In this document: in pieces, positions 47,880 to 49,798 of the stretch
How positions within the stretch are numbered: the first letter of the stretch is position 1
Layout: each line of letters begins with the position of its first letter
From: Spirochaetales bacterium
Lineage (GTDB): Bacteria; Spirochaetota; Spirochaetia; JABEVK01
Direction: 5' to 3'
NCBI GenBank assembly: GCA_037142615.1
Contig: JBAXAI010000027.1
Coordinates: 1 to 49,798, forward strand
DNA length: 49,798 nucleotides
Made by a program: the position numbers and the translations under genes
The notes under the pieces: generated by a model
The model's input: the letters and a program-made list of their open reading frames with translations, nothing else
Told to the model about the DNA's origin: nothing
Databases searched by the model: none

Positions 47880-49445
47880 ATGACCACCACCCTCTGGACC
47901 AACGCCCGCATCCACACCCTCGACCCGCGCCAACCGCAAGCCACCGCCCTGGTAAGCCGGGGCCAAAAGTTGCTCTACGTCGGCGACGAGGCCGGGGCGC
48001 GCGAGAAGGCCGGCCCAAAAGCCAAGCACATTGACCTGGGTGGCCTGACGGTGGTGCCGGGGTTCAACGACAACCACCTGCACACGGTCATCTTTGGCGA
48101 CCAATTGGGCTCGGTGACGCTCGAGGGTCTCGACGCCGAGGCCATCCTCGCCAAGCTGGTGGCGGCGTATCCAAATCCTGCGCCCGGGGAACTGCTGGTG
48201 GCCTATAACTGGGACCTGCCGGCGTGCCCGCACCCGCACCGGTCGCTGCTCGACGCGGCCTTCCCCGACAACCCGGTGCTGTTGGCACAGTTTGGTGGGC
48301 ACGGCCAATGGCTCAACAGTGCCGCGCTCGCGCTGGTCGATCTCGACGAGGTGAAGCGGCGCAATCCCACCGGCGAAATTGAACGGGACCTGTCGGGAGA
48401 ACCCACCGGCCTGTTGCGCGAAATGTTCGACAATCCCTTGGCCAACAAGCACTTCGACGACCTGTTCCACAAAGCCAGCGTGCGCGAGCCCCGCGTACTG
48501 CGAGCGCTGGCCGAGTTTGCGCGCCTGGGCATCACCAGCATCCAAGACAACAGCTGGTATCTGCCCATGGTTCGTCAGTTTACCAAGCTGCGCCGCGAAG
48601 GCCGCCTGACGGCCCGGGTGAGCTGCTGGACGTACGCCACCAAGCCAAAGGCGCGCATTCTGATGGCACTGGGCAACTACGACGCCCATTGGGTGCGCCA
48701 GGGGCCGTGGAAGTACTTCCTCGATGGCACTTTCAGCACCCGCACGGCGTTGCTCCACGAACCCTACGAAGTACAACCCGGCGGGCCGCCCGACAACCGG
48801 GGGCAAGGTCACAGCAAAGACGAGATCGTGCCTATCCTCCGCTACCTGGCCAAAACGGGGCGGCAAGGTGCCTTTCATGCGATTGGCGACCGCGTGATCA
48901 CCAATTTCGTCGAGGCGGCCTACGAAGTTCAGGCCGAGTTCCCGCAGTTGCGCACGCTGAGGCTCCGCCTGGAGCACGCTCAGCTCATCCGGCAGGACGA
49001 CCTCGCCTCGCTCCGCGAATTGGGGATTTTGGTGAGCGCCCAACCGTCGGCGCTGTCGACGCCCGAAAAAGACGTGTCTCTGGTGGGTGAAGAGCGGGCG
49101 CTGAGCGCCTACCCGTACCGTTCGCTGCTCGATGCGGGGGTCGACCTGTCGTTTGGCAGCGACATTCCAGGCGAGCCGAGTTGCAATCCGCTGGCTGCCA
49201 TCGCGCGTGTGAGCACCCGCCCGGGCCCCGAGCGCATCACCGTGCAAGAGGCCCTGGAAGCCTACACGGTGGGCAGCGCCTGGGCCGAAAAGGAAGAGGA
49301 CTGGAAAGGCCGCCTCAAGGCCGGCATGTACGCCGACTTCGCGGTGCTGAGCGATGATATCCTGGCGATTGCCCCCGCCGCCGTCGCCGACACCAAAGTG
49401 GTCCGCACAGTGGTCGGCGGCAAGACGGTCTATTGGGCGGAGTAG
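47880..49445 (+). CDS. YtcJ-like amidohydrolase (Amidohydro_3)
   Basis: PGFNDNHLH, K.FLDG, HAIGD, RLEHAQ, FGSD, ADF.VL. Confidence 0.92.
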   Translation: MTTTLWTNARIHTLDPRQPQATALVSRGQKLLYVGDEAGAREKAGPKAKHIDLGGLTVVPGFNDNHLHTVIFGDQLGSVTLEGLDAEAILAKLVAAYPNPAPGELLVAYNWDLPACPHPHRSLLDAAFPDNPVLLAQFGGHGQWLNSAALALVDLDEVKRRNPTGEIERDLSGEPTGLLREMFDNPLANKHFDDLFHKASVREPRVLRALAEFARLGITSIQDNSWYLPMVRQFTKLRREGRLTARVSCWTYATKPKARILMALGNYDAHWVRQGPWKYFLDGTFSTRTALLHEPYEVQPGGPPDNRGQGHSKDEIVPILRYLAKTGRQGAFHAIGDRVITNFVEAAYEVQAEFPQLRTLRLRLEHAQLIRQDDLASLRELGILVSAQPSALSTPEKDVSLVGEERALSAYPYRSLLDAGVDLSFGSDIPGEPSCNPLAAIARVSTRPGPERITVQEALEAYTVGSAWAEKEEDWKGRLKAGMYADFAVLSDDILAIAPAAVADTKVVRTVVGGKTVYWAE

Positions 49446-49798
49446 AAAAGACCTTCCGAAAGGTTGGTTTTGCCTTTCTTCATTTCAGGCAGATCACGAA
49501 CCTCAGCGACGGCCCTGCGTAGTCTGCCACGTACCTCAGTCGGTACGGTCGCCAAGTCTCCTCCCTCAAAGTAGGTGAGGGCTTTGACAGCCTCGCTTGG
49601 GGCGAAGCTCGCGCCATAAAGGCAAACCGCTGCGGCGAGGCCGTCTTCGAGCCTCAGGCCGCTTGCAAGGAGCGCACCAACATCGAGGTAGTCTTTTGAC
49701 TGAACGCGCTGCAAGATCACCTTGAGCTTGGTGCCAAAAAGGTCTAGCAGCGAAGCGGCAACTAGCAGTTCGTCGTCCGAGAGAACCGGATCAAGAAT
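49430..49798 (-). CDS. AbiEii/AbiGii-like nucleotidyltransferase, 5'-truncated by the window edge
   Basis: Frame open to 49798: ASLLDLFGTKLKVILQR..SKDYLD...KALTYFEGGDL. Confidence 0.7.
   Translation of the reverse strand: MLDPVLSDDELLVAASLLDLFGTKLKVILQRVQSKDYLDVGALLASGLRLEDGLAAAVCLYGASFAPSEAVKALTYFEGGDLATVPTEVRGRLRRAVAEVRDLPEMKKGKTNLSEGLFYSAQ

Overview
GC-rich bacterial chromosomal window, possibly a spirochaete (weak inference from the many lipoproteins, a BMP lipoprotein and a Bdellovibrio/Leptospira-type histone). 1-14.2 kb (minus strand): a tandem array of four secreted caspase-like (peptidase C14) genes. Three are translationally coupled to large, variable surface lipoproteins and share a conserved promoter. 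One copy is frameshifted by a deletion, and a HEPN-MNT toxin-antitoxin pair sits inside the array. 14.3-37.8 kb: nth, tRNA-Arg(TCT), a bacterial histone, two signalling clusters (one with an internal sigma54 promoter), AraC plus a heterodimeric ABC exporter, deoC, a nucleoside ABC importer, Uma2, dienelactone hydrolase, SDR, OhrR, aminopeptidase P and nudC. 37.9-43.6 kb: a four-gene operon that looks like a flavinylation-dependent trans-envelope electron conduit. It encodes a cadherin-stalk lipoprotein with a DUF2271 tip, a beta-barrel, an FMN-binding protein and an NAD(P)H oxidoreductase-BFD-DUF4405 fusion. 43.6-49.8 kb: methyltransferase, MFS, a barrel/lipoprotein pair, an amidohydrolase and a partial AbiEii-like gene. 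Many genes look leaderless. All family calls come from motif recognition by eye; no database search was run.
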